DNA of 32,000 bases from Halalkalibacterium halodurans (GCF_004376175.1 NZ_SNUY01000031.1:12844-44843); one strand, 5' to 3'; counted from the first letter of the stretch, positions 1-8,846 are shown. The notes: a model not told the origin generated them from the sequence alone. A program made the numbers and translations.

Positions 1-965
1 CGGCATTCGTAGGGTTAGCGCTCGGAACCGCGCTAGGCCCGATCGTTTCTGCATTGATTGTCAGCTTTGCCCATTGGCGCTGGTTGTTCTGTGTACCGCT
101 CTTCATCTTGCTCACCCTGCCTTTTTACCACAAGTATTTACAGGAAGATGAAGCACATCAGTCAGGAGGAACCATTGATTGGATAGGAGGTGGTTTCCTT
201 GCAATAACAGTTACGTTTCTCCTTCTCAGCATTACAAATGGCACGTTGCTATTAGCAGTAGGGAGTGCAGTCCCGCTGGGGTTATTCATTTTTCGTATTC
301 GCTCAACATCTGAGCCATTCATTGAGTCTCAGCTATTTAAAAATAAAGCCTATACGATAGGTTTGGCTATGGCATTCCTCATAAGTGGAATCGGGGTTTC
401 CCTCTATTTCCTCAGTCCGTTGCTCTTAGCTGAAGTTCAACAACTGCCTGCTAACTGGAGTGGCTTTTTCATGGTTCCTGCCGCGGTAGCGTCAGCACTT
501 ATGGGGCGGAAAGGAGGGAAACTCGCCGATACGAAAGGGAATCCATTTTTGTTTTTCACTGCCTCTGGATTGCTCATTGGTTGCTTCTTCTTGCTTGCAC
601 TCTTTACCTGGGCTTCACCCGTGTTCATAGCTGCATTCTTGATTTTGGGCAACGTGGGGCAAACGTTTATGATGGTTGCGATTTCGAACTCGGTTTCAAT
701 GACACTGGCGAAAAAGGAAGAAGGTGTTGGGATGGGGCTATTAGCATTAATGAACTTTTTGTCTACAGCGATGGCGGTAGGAGTGTATGGAAAGGTTATC
801 GATCTAGGCTCCCAATCCCATTGGCTTTCTATGAATGTAGAGCCCAATGTACTCACCTACAGCAATATCTTTTTCGTCTTAGCGATATTGCACCTGTTGG
901 TTCTCGCTCTTTATGTGGGGTTGGCTAAGGTGAAACAAAAGAAAATGTACGCAAAAAATATGTAA
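1..965 (+). CDS. MFS-type transporter, C-terminal ~320 aa (5' end lies outside the window)
   Basis: Frame 3 is open from base 3 (AFVGLALGTALGPIVSALIVSF...) to TAA 963-965. The product is a series of hydrophobic helices with short loops, typical of major-facilitator permeases. The TTG at 54 in the ORF track is internal. Confidence 0.65.
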   Translation, partial: AFVGLALGTALGPIVSALIVSFAHWRWLFCVPLFILLTLPFYHKYLQEDEAHQSGGTIDWIGGGFLAITVTFLLLSITNGTLLLAVGSAVPLGLFIFRIRSTSEPFIESQLFKNKAYTIGLAMAFLISGIGVSLYFLSPLLLAEVQQLPANWSGFFMVPAAVASALMGRKGGKLADTKGNPFLFFTASGLLIGCFFLLALFTWASPVFIAAFLILGNVGQTFMMVAISNSVSMTLAKKEEGVGMGLLALMNFLSTAMAVGVYGKVIDLGSQSHWLSMNVEPNVLTYSNIFFVLAILHLLVLALYVGLAKVKQKKMYAKNM

Positions 966-980
966 GGGGAATGATAATTA

Positions 981-1592
981 ATGGAAACTTTATTTGTAAA
1001 GGCGAATGATCGAGAAAATTCTGTAACAGGACTACTTTATGAGGCTTTTATTAGTACCTACAAAGCATTAAACCCTAATGATTCGATTGTAGAACTCGAC
1101 TTATTTCAGGAACACATGCCGTACTTAAATGCGCTAATGATTGAAGTAAACTATAAAGCAGCACAAGGAATTCCATTATCAATTTCTGAAGAAGAAGTTA
1201 ATCACATCGTAAAAAGACACCTGAATCAATTTTTAGCAGCAGATAAAATCGTCTTCGCCTTTCCGCTCTGGAACTTAACTGTACCCGCTGTCTTGCACAC
1301 GTATCTTGATTACTTGCACCACCCACGTAAAACCTTTACGTATACGGAAGAAGGCTTGGTCGGTTTATTACCGAATAAAAAGGTCGCCTTGTTAAATGCA
1401 AGGGGTGGTGTGTATGCAGAGGATGATCGATCAGAGATGGCCGTTTCATTCGTGAAAAATCACTTAAACGTATTTGGAATCACGGACATTACTACCGTCA
1501 TTATTGAAGGGCACAATCAATTTCCCGATCGAAGTGAGACCATTATACAGAAAGGTCTCCAAAAAGCGAAGCAAGTGGCAAAAACTTTTTAA
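981..1592 (+). CDS. azoR: FMN-dependent NADH-azoreductase (flavodoxin-like fold)
   Basis: 203 aa. It is colinear with the Bacillus AzoR/YocJ type (...[21 protein letters not shown]..., [22 protein letters not shown]). ATG lies 16 nt after the upstream stop with a GGGGAA RBS-like stretch. Confidence 0.8.
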   Translation: METLFVKANDRENSVTGLLYEAFISTYKALNPNDSIVELDLFQEHMPYLNALMIEVNYKAAQGIPLSISEEEVNHIVKRHLNQFLAADKIVFAFPLWNLTVPAVLHTYLDYLHHPRKTFTYTEEGLVGLLPNKKVALLNARGGVYAEDDRSEMAVSFVKNHLNVFGITDITTVIIEGHNQFPDRSETIIQKGLQKAKQVAKTF

Positions 1593-1603
1593 AATGAACC
1601 GAT

Positions 1604-1649
1604 AAACACCTTGAATGTTCTTTCCCCGGATAGAGGATTCAAGGTGTTT
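1604..1649 (+). terminator. Stem-loop after azoR (13-bp perfect arms AAACACCTTGAAT / ATTCAAGGTGTTT)
   Basis: Perfect 13-bp inverted repeat at 1604-1616 and 1637-1649. The T-tract after it is weak (GTGTTTC). Confidence 0.5.
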
Positions 1650-1784
1650 CACGTGAATGCGATTCGAAGGCAGAAAGGAATTCTTTTCGACTATCATTAG
1701 GATGATAAGAAAGTATAATCAAAATTCATAAATAATCCTAACTTTTCTTATAAATAAAATTCGATACAATGAAAGAAAGGGGGA

Positions 1785-2252
1785 ATGAAATTGAATATTC
1801 ATGTTACTATTCGTGAAGCGACAGAGGGAGACTTAGAGCAAATGGTTCATATGCTCGCTGATGACGTGTTAGGCCGTAAACGGGAGCGTTATGAAAAGCC
1901 ACTACCAGTAAGCTACGTCCGCGCATTTAAAGAAATTAAAAAAGATAAGAATAATGAGTTAATTGTCGCTTGTAATGGGGAAGAGATCGTCGGTATGTTG
2001 CAAGTAACATTTACCCCATACCTTACGTATCAAGGGAGCTGGCGAGCAACGATTGAAGGGGTAAGAACTCATTCAGCTGCACGCGGCCAAGGAATCGGGA
2101 GCCAATTGGTATGTTGGGCCATCGAGCGAGCAAAGGAACGAGGCTGCCACCTCATTCAACTGACAACAGATAAACAGCGTCCCGACGCTTTGCGTTTTTA
2201 TGAGCAGCTAGGCTTTAAAGCTTCTCACGAAGGACTTAAAATGCACTTTTAA
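1785..2252 (+). CDS. GNAT family N-acetyltransferase
   Basis: Acetyl-CoA binding motif region RGQGIGSQLVCWAIERAKERGC and a C-terminal ...FYEQLGF. The true start may be TTG 1791, since RBS AAAGGGGG at 1776-1783 is only 1 nt from ATG 1785. Confidence 0.8.
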   Translation: MKLNIHVTIREATEGDLEQMVHMLADDVLGRKRERYEKPLPVSYVRAFKEIKKDKNNELIVACNGEEIVGMLQVTFTPYLTYQGSWRATIEGVRTHSAARGQGIGSQLVCWAIERAKERGCHLIQLTTDKQRPDALRFYEQLGFKASHEGLKMHF

Positions 2253-2277
2253 GCTTTTGTATCATGAGCGTTGATTA

Positions 2278-2310
2278 GACTTCGTCTTTGAAATACCTCA
2301 AAGCGAAGTC
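2278..2310. terminator. Bidirectional terminator between convergent GNAT and DUF4363 genes
   Basis: Arms GACTTCGTCTTTGA (2278-2291) and TCAAAGCGAAGTC (2298-2310) with one bulge. It sits between two convergent stops. Confidence 0.55.
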
Positions 2311-2320
2311 AGCAATCGCT

Positions 2321-2680
2321 CTAAATCGTATAAATAACCGCCAAGCGATACTGGATTTGTTTCAACCCAAGCATACACTCGTACTCATCCTGTTCTTGCA
2401 CGCTCACTTTTAATCGTTCGATTTCTAACTCAATATCTTGGTAGTCTTCGAGCTCTCCTAAAAGTTGCATTTTCCATTTTTGATTGGCATAGTGCGCTTC
2501 AAAATCTTCGATGTTTGCTAGGGCTTCTTCCCATTTCTCATGTACAATTTGCTGCTGCAATTCCATTACTTGATCAAAAAGAAGCTCATCATTTTTCGTC
2601 TTAAATAAGTCTCCCACATTACAGCTAGACAATAATGTCAAAAGAAGAGCTGCTGTTACGACGTATATAGGTTTTCCCAT
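2321..2680 (-). CDS. Small lipoprotein, DUF4363-like
   Basis: RBS GAGGGAGGG lies 6 nt before ATG 2680. Signal peptide with lipobox LLSSC, followed by a helical W/E-rich ~95 aa body. Size and adjacency to a DUF421 gene fit the DUF4363 family as I remember it. Confidence 0.55.
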   Translation of the reverse strand: MGKPIYVVTAALLLTLLSSCNVGDLFKTKNDELLFDQVMELQQQIVHEKWEEALANIEDFEAHYANQKWKMQLLGELEDYQDIELEIERLKVSVQEQDEYECMLGLKQIQYRLAVIYTI

Positions 2681-2778
2681 TTTGATCCCTCCCTCGGTCA
2701 ATAGAAGAAGTATGGTTTCCTTTAGTTTGCCCCATAATAAACAAAAAATCGCCTTTTTTTAAAGAGGGAGGAAAACAG

Positions 2779-3657
2779 ATGACTGATTTAGGGAATGTCT
2801 TGATACGAGGTGCCGTTGGCTTTTTAGTATTGTTAGTATTAGCCCGAATCATGGGGAAAAAGCATATCACCGATATGACGTATTATGAATACATCGTAGG
2901 CCTTGCAATTGGTAGCATTGCTGCGGAACTAACGTTTAGTCCACATGTAAGAATGTCGAACTTTTTATTTGGAATGATCATCTGGGCGATCTTTCCGATG
3001 GTTTTGTCAAAGCTTGAATTAAAGTCTTTTCGTTTTCGTTCCTTAGCGGAAGGTGAACCAACGGTTTTAATCGAAAATGGAAAGATTCTTGAGGAAAACT
3101 TAAAAAAGGAAAACTTAACCGTTGATGAGCTAATGATTCACCTTAGACAAAAGGATGCGTTTAAACTTGATGACGTTGAATCTGCTGTAATGGAGAAGAG
3201 CGGACTCATAAGTGTTATGAAAAAAAGCAATGTTCAACCGCTCACCCCAAAGGATGCTGGACTAGTGATCGAGCTAGACCATTCTCCGCAAATTGTCATG
3301 ATTGATGGGAATGTGCTCGAAAAAAGTTTGCAGGATTATGGATATACGAAAGAATGGTTGCTCGCAGAAGTGACAAAGCAAGGGGCAAAACGATTTGAGG
3401 ATGTTTTTCTTGCCCAAATTGATTCAAAAGGGAACGTCTATGTCGATTTATACAATGATCAACAATCAAACATGCCTGAAGTGAAACAAAAATTGTTAAT
3501 GGCAGCAAACATTAAACAATTGCAGGCCGATCTCATCCAAATTTCCATGCAGGTGACAGATGCTAAAACGAAGGAGCAATTTAAAGCGCATGCAAAGCAA
3601 ATGGATCAACTCTTTCATGAGCTATCAGCACACATGGTAGAGACACCTTCCACTTAG
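2779..3657 (+). CDS. DUF421 (YetF family) membrane protein with a C-terminal DUF1657-like helical tail (2Duf-like architecture)
   Basis: N-terminus ...RGAVGFLVLLVLARIMGKKHITDMTYYEYIVGLAIGSIAAE is a typical YetF_N. The middle carries the soluble DUF421 domain (PTVLIENGKILEENLKKENLTVDELMIHLRQK). The last ~60 aa (VKQKLLMAANIKQLQADLIQISMQVTDAKTKEQFKAHAKQMDQLFHEL) resemble DUF1657. RBS AGGGAGGAAAACAG then ATG. Confidence 0.75.
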   Translation: MTDLGNVLIRGAVGFLVLLVLARIMGKKHITDMTYYEYIVGLAIGSIAAELTFSPHVRMSNFLFGMIIWAIFPMVLSKLELKSFRFRSLAEGEPTVLIENGKILEENLKKENLTVDELMIHLRQKDAFKLDDVESAVMEKSGLISVMKKSNVQPLTPKDAGLVIELDHSPQIVMIDGNVLEKSLQDYGYTKEWLLAEVTKQGAKRFEDVFLAQIDSKGNVYVDLYNDQQSNMPEVKQKLLMAANIKQLQADLIQISMQVTDAKTKEQFKAHAKQMDQLFHELSAHMVETPST

Positions 3658-3679
3658 TCATAGATTTTTTGCGTAACAT

Positions 3680-4468
3680 TCATTTCTCAGAAAGAGCAGT
3701 TGTTGCCATCAATTTGGAGAACGGTTTGTGGGATAAAATGTAGTCATCGACCCAAACAGCATGACCATTGTTTATGTGATCTTCGTCTAAAATCTCACAC
3801 ACAATGTACGGATCAGTATTTTTCATTTTGGCCATCTGTTTAATGGTTGACGCGATTAACAATACCTTTCCATCTTCAGCTGTTGCGTCAACCGGGTAGT
3901 CGGAGGCAAAAAGACAAACCGTTTTCGCTTGCAGTACATTCGCTTTTTCAAGAATATCAACCTTGCTTGGGTCGCCTTGTACATAATAAACGTTTGCATC
4001 GTCAATCGAAACGTCCGTCCGTTCATCGATTACGACGATCTTCGTTGTTTTCTTTTCATTTAGAATTTCCATAATGGAGAGTTTTGCCTTCTCAGACCAG
4101 GTGATCATCACGACATGATTTTTGCCTTGATAGACCATCGAGTTGTCCTCCTTTAACTCCTCATACTTTAGAATAAAATCGATCCATTTTGCAATCATCA
4201 CCGCAAAAAAACTAATACCGAAAAGGTAAATCACGGTCGTGAACAATCTTCCTGCAACGGTCTCTGGAATATAATCTCCGAAGCCAACTTGAGATACCGT
4301 TGTCATAACGAACCAAAATCCGATATAAGGGCTTTTAAACTCTTCAGGTTCAATCCAATGAATCACAAATGAGCTAATGAGAATAAACAGAATTCCAAAC
4401 AAGATGATTTTCCAATGTTCAATTCGGATGCTGTGGCGAAGCACTTTTTTAATCAAACTAATCATCAT
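3680..4468 (-). CDS. Two-TM potassium channel with cytoplasmic RCK/TrkA-N-like domain (YugO/MthK-like)
   Basis: Pore helix plus filter MTTVSQVGFGDYIP flanked by two TM helices, followed by a ~150 aa Rossmann-like domain (HVVMITWSEKAKL...IVVIDE...VQGDPS...). Confidence 0.75.
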   Translation of the reverse strand: MMISLIKKVLRHSIRIEHWKIILFGILFILISSFVIHWIEPEEFKSPYIGFWFVMTTVSQVGFGDYIPETVAGRLFTTVIYLFGISFFAVMIAKWIDFILKYEELKEDNSMVYQGKNHVVMITWSEKAKLSIMEILNEKKTTKIVVIDERTDVSIDDANVYYVQGDPSKVDILEKANVLQAKTVCLFASDYPVDATAEDGKVLLIASTIKQMAKMKNTDPYIVCEILDEDHINNGHAVWVDDYILSHKPFSKLMATTALSEK

Positions 4469-4564
4469 TATATATAAAAACTCCTTACTTTTTATACTAA
4501 GGTTGTGCGGAAGTCAAGATTTCATTCTTTCCAAATGTTAAATGATGATTAGATACGATCTCTG

Positions 4565-5287
4565 CTAGCGAAGAACAGGATGTTTAGGTGCAATATGATG
4601 TGAGTAAAGGGAGATGTGCATGTTATGAGTTTCGTTGATGGATCCAAAAAATATATCGGAAATATTGTGATAGCCAAGTTGCTTTAACGTTTGATGCAGC
4701 CAGTCTTCCGTTAAGCCTAAGTTGTCCAGCACTTGCTTTTGAACCGTTCCTTCCACAATAATGGGGTAGGCAATCGTCCCTTTTTCGGGTGGTAACTGAA
4801 AATCCTTTCTTGTGACTGGGACGTGCGATGATTTCATCTGTATGCTTAAATCACCGTTAGCCTCAATGATTCCAAGCTCGACCAAGGATACATCAAAAAC
4901 ATTTTGCTGGCGCAGCATGGACAGGATATTATCGACTGTATAGCGTATATTTTTTAAGTTCTGCTCAAGAAATTGCCCGTTTTGGATGACGATCGTAGGA
5001 GGAAAAGTGATTAATTTGCGGAAACGATCAAAGCTAATCAGTGATGTCGCCACAGCTTTTTGAAGAAGGGCAATCGCAAGTATGGCAATCACCGTTGGAA
5101 GATGCTTGACGTCCGGGTCTGCCAAATCTGCCCCAACGACCGATCCCAGTACTAAAAACACAATGTAATCGAAGACGGGAAGTTCTGAAATTGAGCGCCT
5201 TCCCATAAATAGGGTAACGACTAATAGCAAAGGCAAGATCATGGCGACTCGACCTAATACCGTAGGAATATCCTGAGCCCATTCCAT
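4565..5287 (-). CDS. DUF421 (YetF family) membrane protein, second paralogue
   Basis: ...LLVVTLFMGRRSISELPVFDYIVFLVLGSVVGADL... then PPTIVIQNGQFLEQNLKNIRYTVDNILSMLRQQ. RBS GAGGTG lies 6 nt before the ATG of MEWAQD (5287), so the track start 5305 is probably 6 codons too long. Confidence 0.75.
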   Translation of the reverse strand: MEWAQDIPTVLGRVAMILPLLLVVTLFMGRRSISELPVFDYIVFLVLGSVVGADLADPDVKHLPTVIAILAIALLQKAVATSLISFDRFRKLITFPPTIVIQNGQFLEQNLKNIRYTVDNILSMLRQQNVFDVSLVELGIIEANGDLSIQMKSSHVPVTRKDFQLPPEKGTIAYPIIVEGTVQKQVLDNLGLTEDWLHQTLKQLGYHNISDIFFGSINETHNMHISLYSHHIAPKHPVLR

Positions 5288-5390
5288 CTGTTTCACCTCG
5301 AACATAAGATAAATGTATATGTAGTATGCGCGAAATAAGAAAGGATATGACTTTCCTTCAATGAAGGATTGACTCGAATGGCGAGCTCGA

Positions 5391-5777
5391 TTAAGGAAGG
5401 CGAGGTTTAACGCCTCCCCTGTTTTTTAAAATGTCCGCTCGTTTTTTCTTCGGTAACGAATGCCAGATAAGGGAATAGGAATGGTCAATGAGCTCCTCAA
5501 TGAGTTCAATCGGCACTCGATGATTATCGTAATAAATTGAATTCCAGTGCTGCTTGTTAAGGTAGTAACCCGCAACAATATCCTCATACTGTTGGCGCAG
5601 AATCTCTGACTCACCAACATCACATTTTAAAGAAATTAAAGGCTTTTTCTTGCCGTCTGTTCCAATTATGGCAAACATTTTACCGCCGATCTTGTAATTG
5701 AATGCACTCCAATCTTCAACATATGTCTCTGTCGCTCCTAATTTAGCCTTACAAGCTGCTCTTAAATGCTCCATCAC
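5391..5777 (-). CDS. MmcQ/YjbR family DNA-binding protein
   Basis: 128 aa with the family hallmarks ...FNYKIGGKMFAIIG...ISLKCD...YYLNKQHWNSIY. Confidence 0.7.
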   Translation of the reverse strand: MMEHLRAACKAKLGATETYVEDWSAFNYKIGGKMFAIIGTDGKKKPLISLKCDVGESEILRQQYEDIVAGYYLNKQHWNSIYYDNHRVPIELIEELIDHSYSLIWHSLPKKKRADILKNRGGVKPRLP

Positions 5778-6047
5778 CTACCATAGAAAATCATTGTATG
5801 TTCAGTATACTTGAATATTTATCAGATTCATTGTAAAAAGAAACTCCGGGAATTATGACAAAATGTTTGATCATATGAGGTTCGTCATAATAGCGGAAAT
5901 TTGTGTGAAATCTCTTTTGTTAATTGAGTATTTAGCATCGTGATTATCCTCGTTCGATAAGTTTGAGCTATTTTTACGAATCATAATAAAAAAACGGTGT
6001 GTATCAAGTTCTTTCGGTAACAAAAAGATTGTTGGACTGAAACTAAA

Positions 6048-6076
6048 AAGAAGGAAGCTTTGGGGGCTTCCTTCTT
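6048..6076 (-). terminator. Orphan Rho-independent terminator reading on the minus strand
   Basis: Arms AAGAAGGAAGC (6048-6058) and GCTTCCTTCTT (6066-6076) with a 7-nt loop. On the minus strand it is followed by TTTTTAG. No ORF of 60 aa or more feeds into it. Confidence 0.5.
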
Positions 6077-6313
6077 ACATGAGTGCACCATAATGTAGCC
6101 ATGGTAAGGCTTGCGTTAGTTGTCGTTAAGATACTTTATGATCGTGGACCATAATGGCTCGTGTTTATGACTATTTCTTGAATAAAAAGGCAAGTGCACG
6201 TTTTTGTTCAAGTCTGGTAATTCCCCTATACCACTTTTGTTTTCAAACATAAATTGTAAGAGAAGTTCTCAAATGAGCTTCTGTAGGAAACTCATAGTAA
6301 AGGAGGGGGCCAC

Positions 6314-6409
6314 ATGCACGATAGAAAAGACGGATTCACTTTAGTCGTAATCTTGTTCATCCTTTTAATCATTGTAGGTTGCGCTTGCTTTACCTATGGT
6401 GGCTACTAG
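6314..6409 (+). CDS. YjcZ-family small sporulation protein (31 aa micro-ORF, below the ORF-track cutoff)
   Basis: RBS AAGGAGGGGG (6300-6309) then ATG 6314. Product is MHDRKDGFTLVVILFILLIIVGCACFTYGGY. The core GFxLxVVLFILLIIVG matches the YjcZ family. A terminator follows at 6461-6504. Confidence 0.7.
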   Translation: MHDRKDGFTLVVILFILLIIVGCACFTYGGY

Positions 6410-6460
6410 GTTAACGGGTCCTTGATAGTGCAAAGGAGCATAGCCCACTGCTAATGATTA

Positions 6461-6504
6461 AAAAAAACGATTTTCCTGCTTTTAAAGGGGAAAATCGTTT
6501 TTTT
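6461..6504. terminator. Bidirectional terminator (A-run, 10-bp stem, T-run) between the yjcZ-like ORF and xdhC
   Basis: ACGATTTTCC (6467-6476) pairs with GGAAAATCGT (6489-6498). It is flanked by A7 on the left and T6 on the right. Confidence 0.7.
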
Positions 6505-6555
6505 GCAAGTCATACCAGCTGAATGAAGAAAGCCAAACAGAGGTGCGACGGTTGG

Positions 6556-7581
6556 CTACCGGCGAATGGACGTAATAAAGGGAGGGAATGATGAGCGTGA
6601 GTATTTTTTAGAATGGGCAATCTCAATTAATTGTGCGACAATGCTTATCGCAATTTCTTCCGGACCCTCGGCGTGAATCGAGAGGCCAACGGGTGAATAG
6701 AGATGGTCAGGAGGCTGATGGTTTTGTAATAAACGACGAGTTCGTTCTTTTGATCCTAATATACCGATGTAGCGAAGCTCTTTTTCCAATAAAAAATGGA
6801 GAATCTCTTGATCCTTTTGAAAGTGGTGGGTCATGATCAATACGAAGTCATCTGACTGAATAGGGAACTTACTTAAAAAATGAGCGGGAAAATCGACAAT
6901 GATTTCATCTGCGTCAGGAAAAAAATGCTTCTCACATTGATTGGGACGCCAATCGGTGACGACCGTATAAAATCCAACGTTGCCCGCAAATGTAACAAGA
7001 GGTGGAACGTCAGGTCCTGCCCCAAAAATAATTAGCCGTTCTTTTGGAGAATAGATGTGGGTAAACATTAATGATTCTTCATTTTCATCTATTTTACGAA
7101 TCCACTCCACGGGATGGCCGCTATGCCATTCCCCAAAATAAACACGTTCGTCAAGGATAAACGCATATTCCAAAACGGCACCTGACGTTGACAGCTTTTT
7201 CACATGAAAAACCGATTTTCCTGCACATAAATAATCATAGACTCGCTTTAAGTGTTGTCTCAGCTTGAGATCCACCGGCTCTAAGAGAACGGAGATTGTC
7301 CCGTTACATCCGCTTCCTTGTCCCCATGAGAGATCGTCCTCCGAGCTTAAATCGTAAACAACGGTACGAGACAATGATTCTTGCCACACTTTCTGTGCTT
7401 TTATGGTTAAATCCGTTTCTAAGCAGCCGCCGCTCAATAAACCGACCTGTGTCCCATCTTCCTGAAAAAGCATCATCGCTCCCTCTTTTCGATAAGAGGA
7501 GCCTTCTACATGAATAATCGTTGCCATCACACTAGGTTGATCAGTTCCAGCTAGCGTCTCTAACAACTCAATATCGCTCAC
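6556..7581 (-). CDS. XdhC/CoxI family molybdenum-hydroxylase accessory (Moco insertion) protein
   Basis: N-terminal XdhC_CoxI signature ATIIHVEGSSYRKEGAMMLF...GLLSGGCLE, and a C-terminal Rossmann part LIIFGAGPDVPPLV...IGILGSKERT. GTG start. Confidence 0.8.
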   Translation of the reverse strand: MSDIELLETLAGTDQPSVMATIIHVEGSSYRKEGAMMLFQEDGTQVGLLSGGCLETDLTIKAQKVWQESLSRTVVYDLSSEDDLSWGQGSGCNGTISVLLEPVDLKLRQHLKRVYDYLCAGKSVFHVKKLSTSGAVLEYAFILDERVYFGEWHSGHPVEWIRKIDENEESLMFTHIYSPKERLIIFGAGPDVPPLVTFAGNVGFYTVVTDWRPNQCEKHFFPDADEIIVDFPAHFLSKFPIQSDDFVLIMTHHFQKDQEILHFLLEKELRYIGILGSKERTRRLLQNHQPPDHLYSPVGLSIHAEGPEEIAISIVAQLIEIAHSKKYSRSSFPPFITSIRR

Positions 7582-7668
7582 GCATCAACACATCCCTTAT
7601 TTCCAGTGACCTGTAATGATGTGTATGATACGTGAAGCTAGATAGAACATAGACGAGAATAGGTTTCG

Positions 7669-7869
7669 TTATTTTTTGATGATCAAGCAATCTCCATCTT
7701 TTAGATAGAACAGATCCGCTAAAAACACTTCAGCGATTGCATTCGCGATTTCTTTTAATTCTTCAGCATCCTTTGCAAATAAACAAAGGGGATCTCCACC
7801 TAAATATCGGTCTTTATTCGTCGTAATGAACGCAAGGATTCCTTGAATTTGATTATCGTTTTTCTCCAT
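7669..7869 (-). CDS. Small (~66 aa) partner protein of the YIEGIA protein (annotated in RefSeq, as I recall, as capping complex subunit for YIEGIA)
   Basis: It starts about 20 nt after the YIEGIA stop. AAAGGA RBS with ATG 7869 (MEKNDNQ...), the better-spaced of two ATGs. Soluble acidic protein. The name comes from memory of the family, not from a search. Confidence 0.5.
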   Translation of the reverse strand: MEKNDNQIQGILAFITTNKDRYLGGDPLCLFAKDAEELKEIANAIAEVFLADLFYLKDGDCLIIKK

Positions 7870-7890
7870 CTTCATATTCCTTTCGATTGC

Positions 7891-8820
7891 CTAGTTAGAT
7901 TTCACGGTCCCTTGATGTTTATTAAAAAGTTCAGGGTTTTTCTTGACGGTTTCTAATAAAGGTGTCAGTAGGATCGTTTCTTTTAACAGTTGAAAATTTT
8001 TAATGATCGGTACGAGGGCAATAATAATTTTTCCGTCTGCTGGATTTTGCACACTATACAGCTTTCGTTGCCCCAACCTCCTCGTCGTTTCAAATAAAAT
8101 CGCTTGCCGTTGTCCACTGTTAAGGAGAGGAATTTGATAGTGCTCATGGTTCGGATGTATGACAGCTGCAAGCCCATCCTCTAAAAACCATTGTTTCGCT
8201 TCCTCTCTCCCCATTAAATGAGAGACGAACATACCATCCACATAAAGGTCTGATCCTTTAATTTCCATAAGTCCTTCTGTCACTGACGCGATGTCCCCGA
8301 TTTTTTGCCGCTCCGTAAAGCGTTTCAACAAATAAAATAGAACCAAACCGACCGCGGCCCCAACGAAAATTTCAACCCATCTAGAAACGTTTAAGAACTC
8401 TTGAAGTAGCTGGATTGTCAAGGCTGTTGTAAACGAAACAAGCATGGCGATATAGTTTCGCGCTTCGAAGATTTTTGCAATCCCATCGATGTATGCATCT
8501 CCACGTTTTGCAAATTCATCGCCTTCAAGATCAAGCAAGCTTTCCCGTTCGGTTTTTCGCACGTCACGGAAATGCTGAATGGCTAACGCAAGAAAGGTTA
8601 CAGCAGCAAAGTCCTTTGCCATTAATGTTGGAATGACAATAGCCCCTAATGCGGAGGCAAGTCCGCCTGTGACGACATGAATAAGATATCCGTTCGGATA
8701 ATTCGGATATTGCCGATAGTCTAATTTAATAGTCAGAAGCCGAGCGATCGTGCCAATCACTGTTGCTGTAATAATCAACACTAACATTTCTGGTGAAATG
8801 ATGTCATTGTTATTTGACAT
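7891..8820 (-). CDS. YIEGIA family integral membrane protein
   Basis: Contains the eponymous motif as GDAYIDGIAKIFEA between hydrophobic helices. RBS AAGGAG lies 10 nt before ATG 8820 (MSNNNDIISPE...), so the track start 8844 lacks an RBS. Confidence 0.7.
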   Translation of the reverse strand: MSNNNDIISPEMLVLIITATVIGTIARLLTIKLDYRQYPNYPNGYLIHVVTGGLASALGAIVIPTLMAKDFAAVTFLALAIQHFRDVRKTERESLLDLEGDEFAKRGDAYIDGIAKIFEARNYIAMLVSFTTALTIQLLQEFLNVSRWVEIFVGAAVGLVLFYLLKRFTERQKIGDIASVTEGLMEIKGSDLYVDGMFVSHLMGREEAKQWFLEDGLAAVIHPNHEHYQIPLLNSGQRQAILFETTRRLGQRKLYSVQNPADGKIIIALVPIIKNFQLLKETILLTPLLETVKKNPELFNKHQGTVKSN

Positions 8821-8846
8821 AAAAGGTGAGCTCCTTACAAACAATT

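Noticed and set aside
437-928. ORFs 437..856 (-) and 581..928 (+) overlapping the MFS gene
   Set aside because: They lie entirely inside the long membrane-protein frame, have no RBS, and give compositionally odd products. They are shadow frames.
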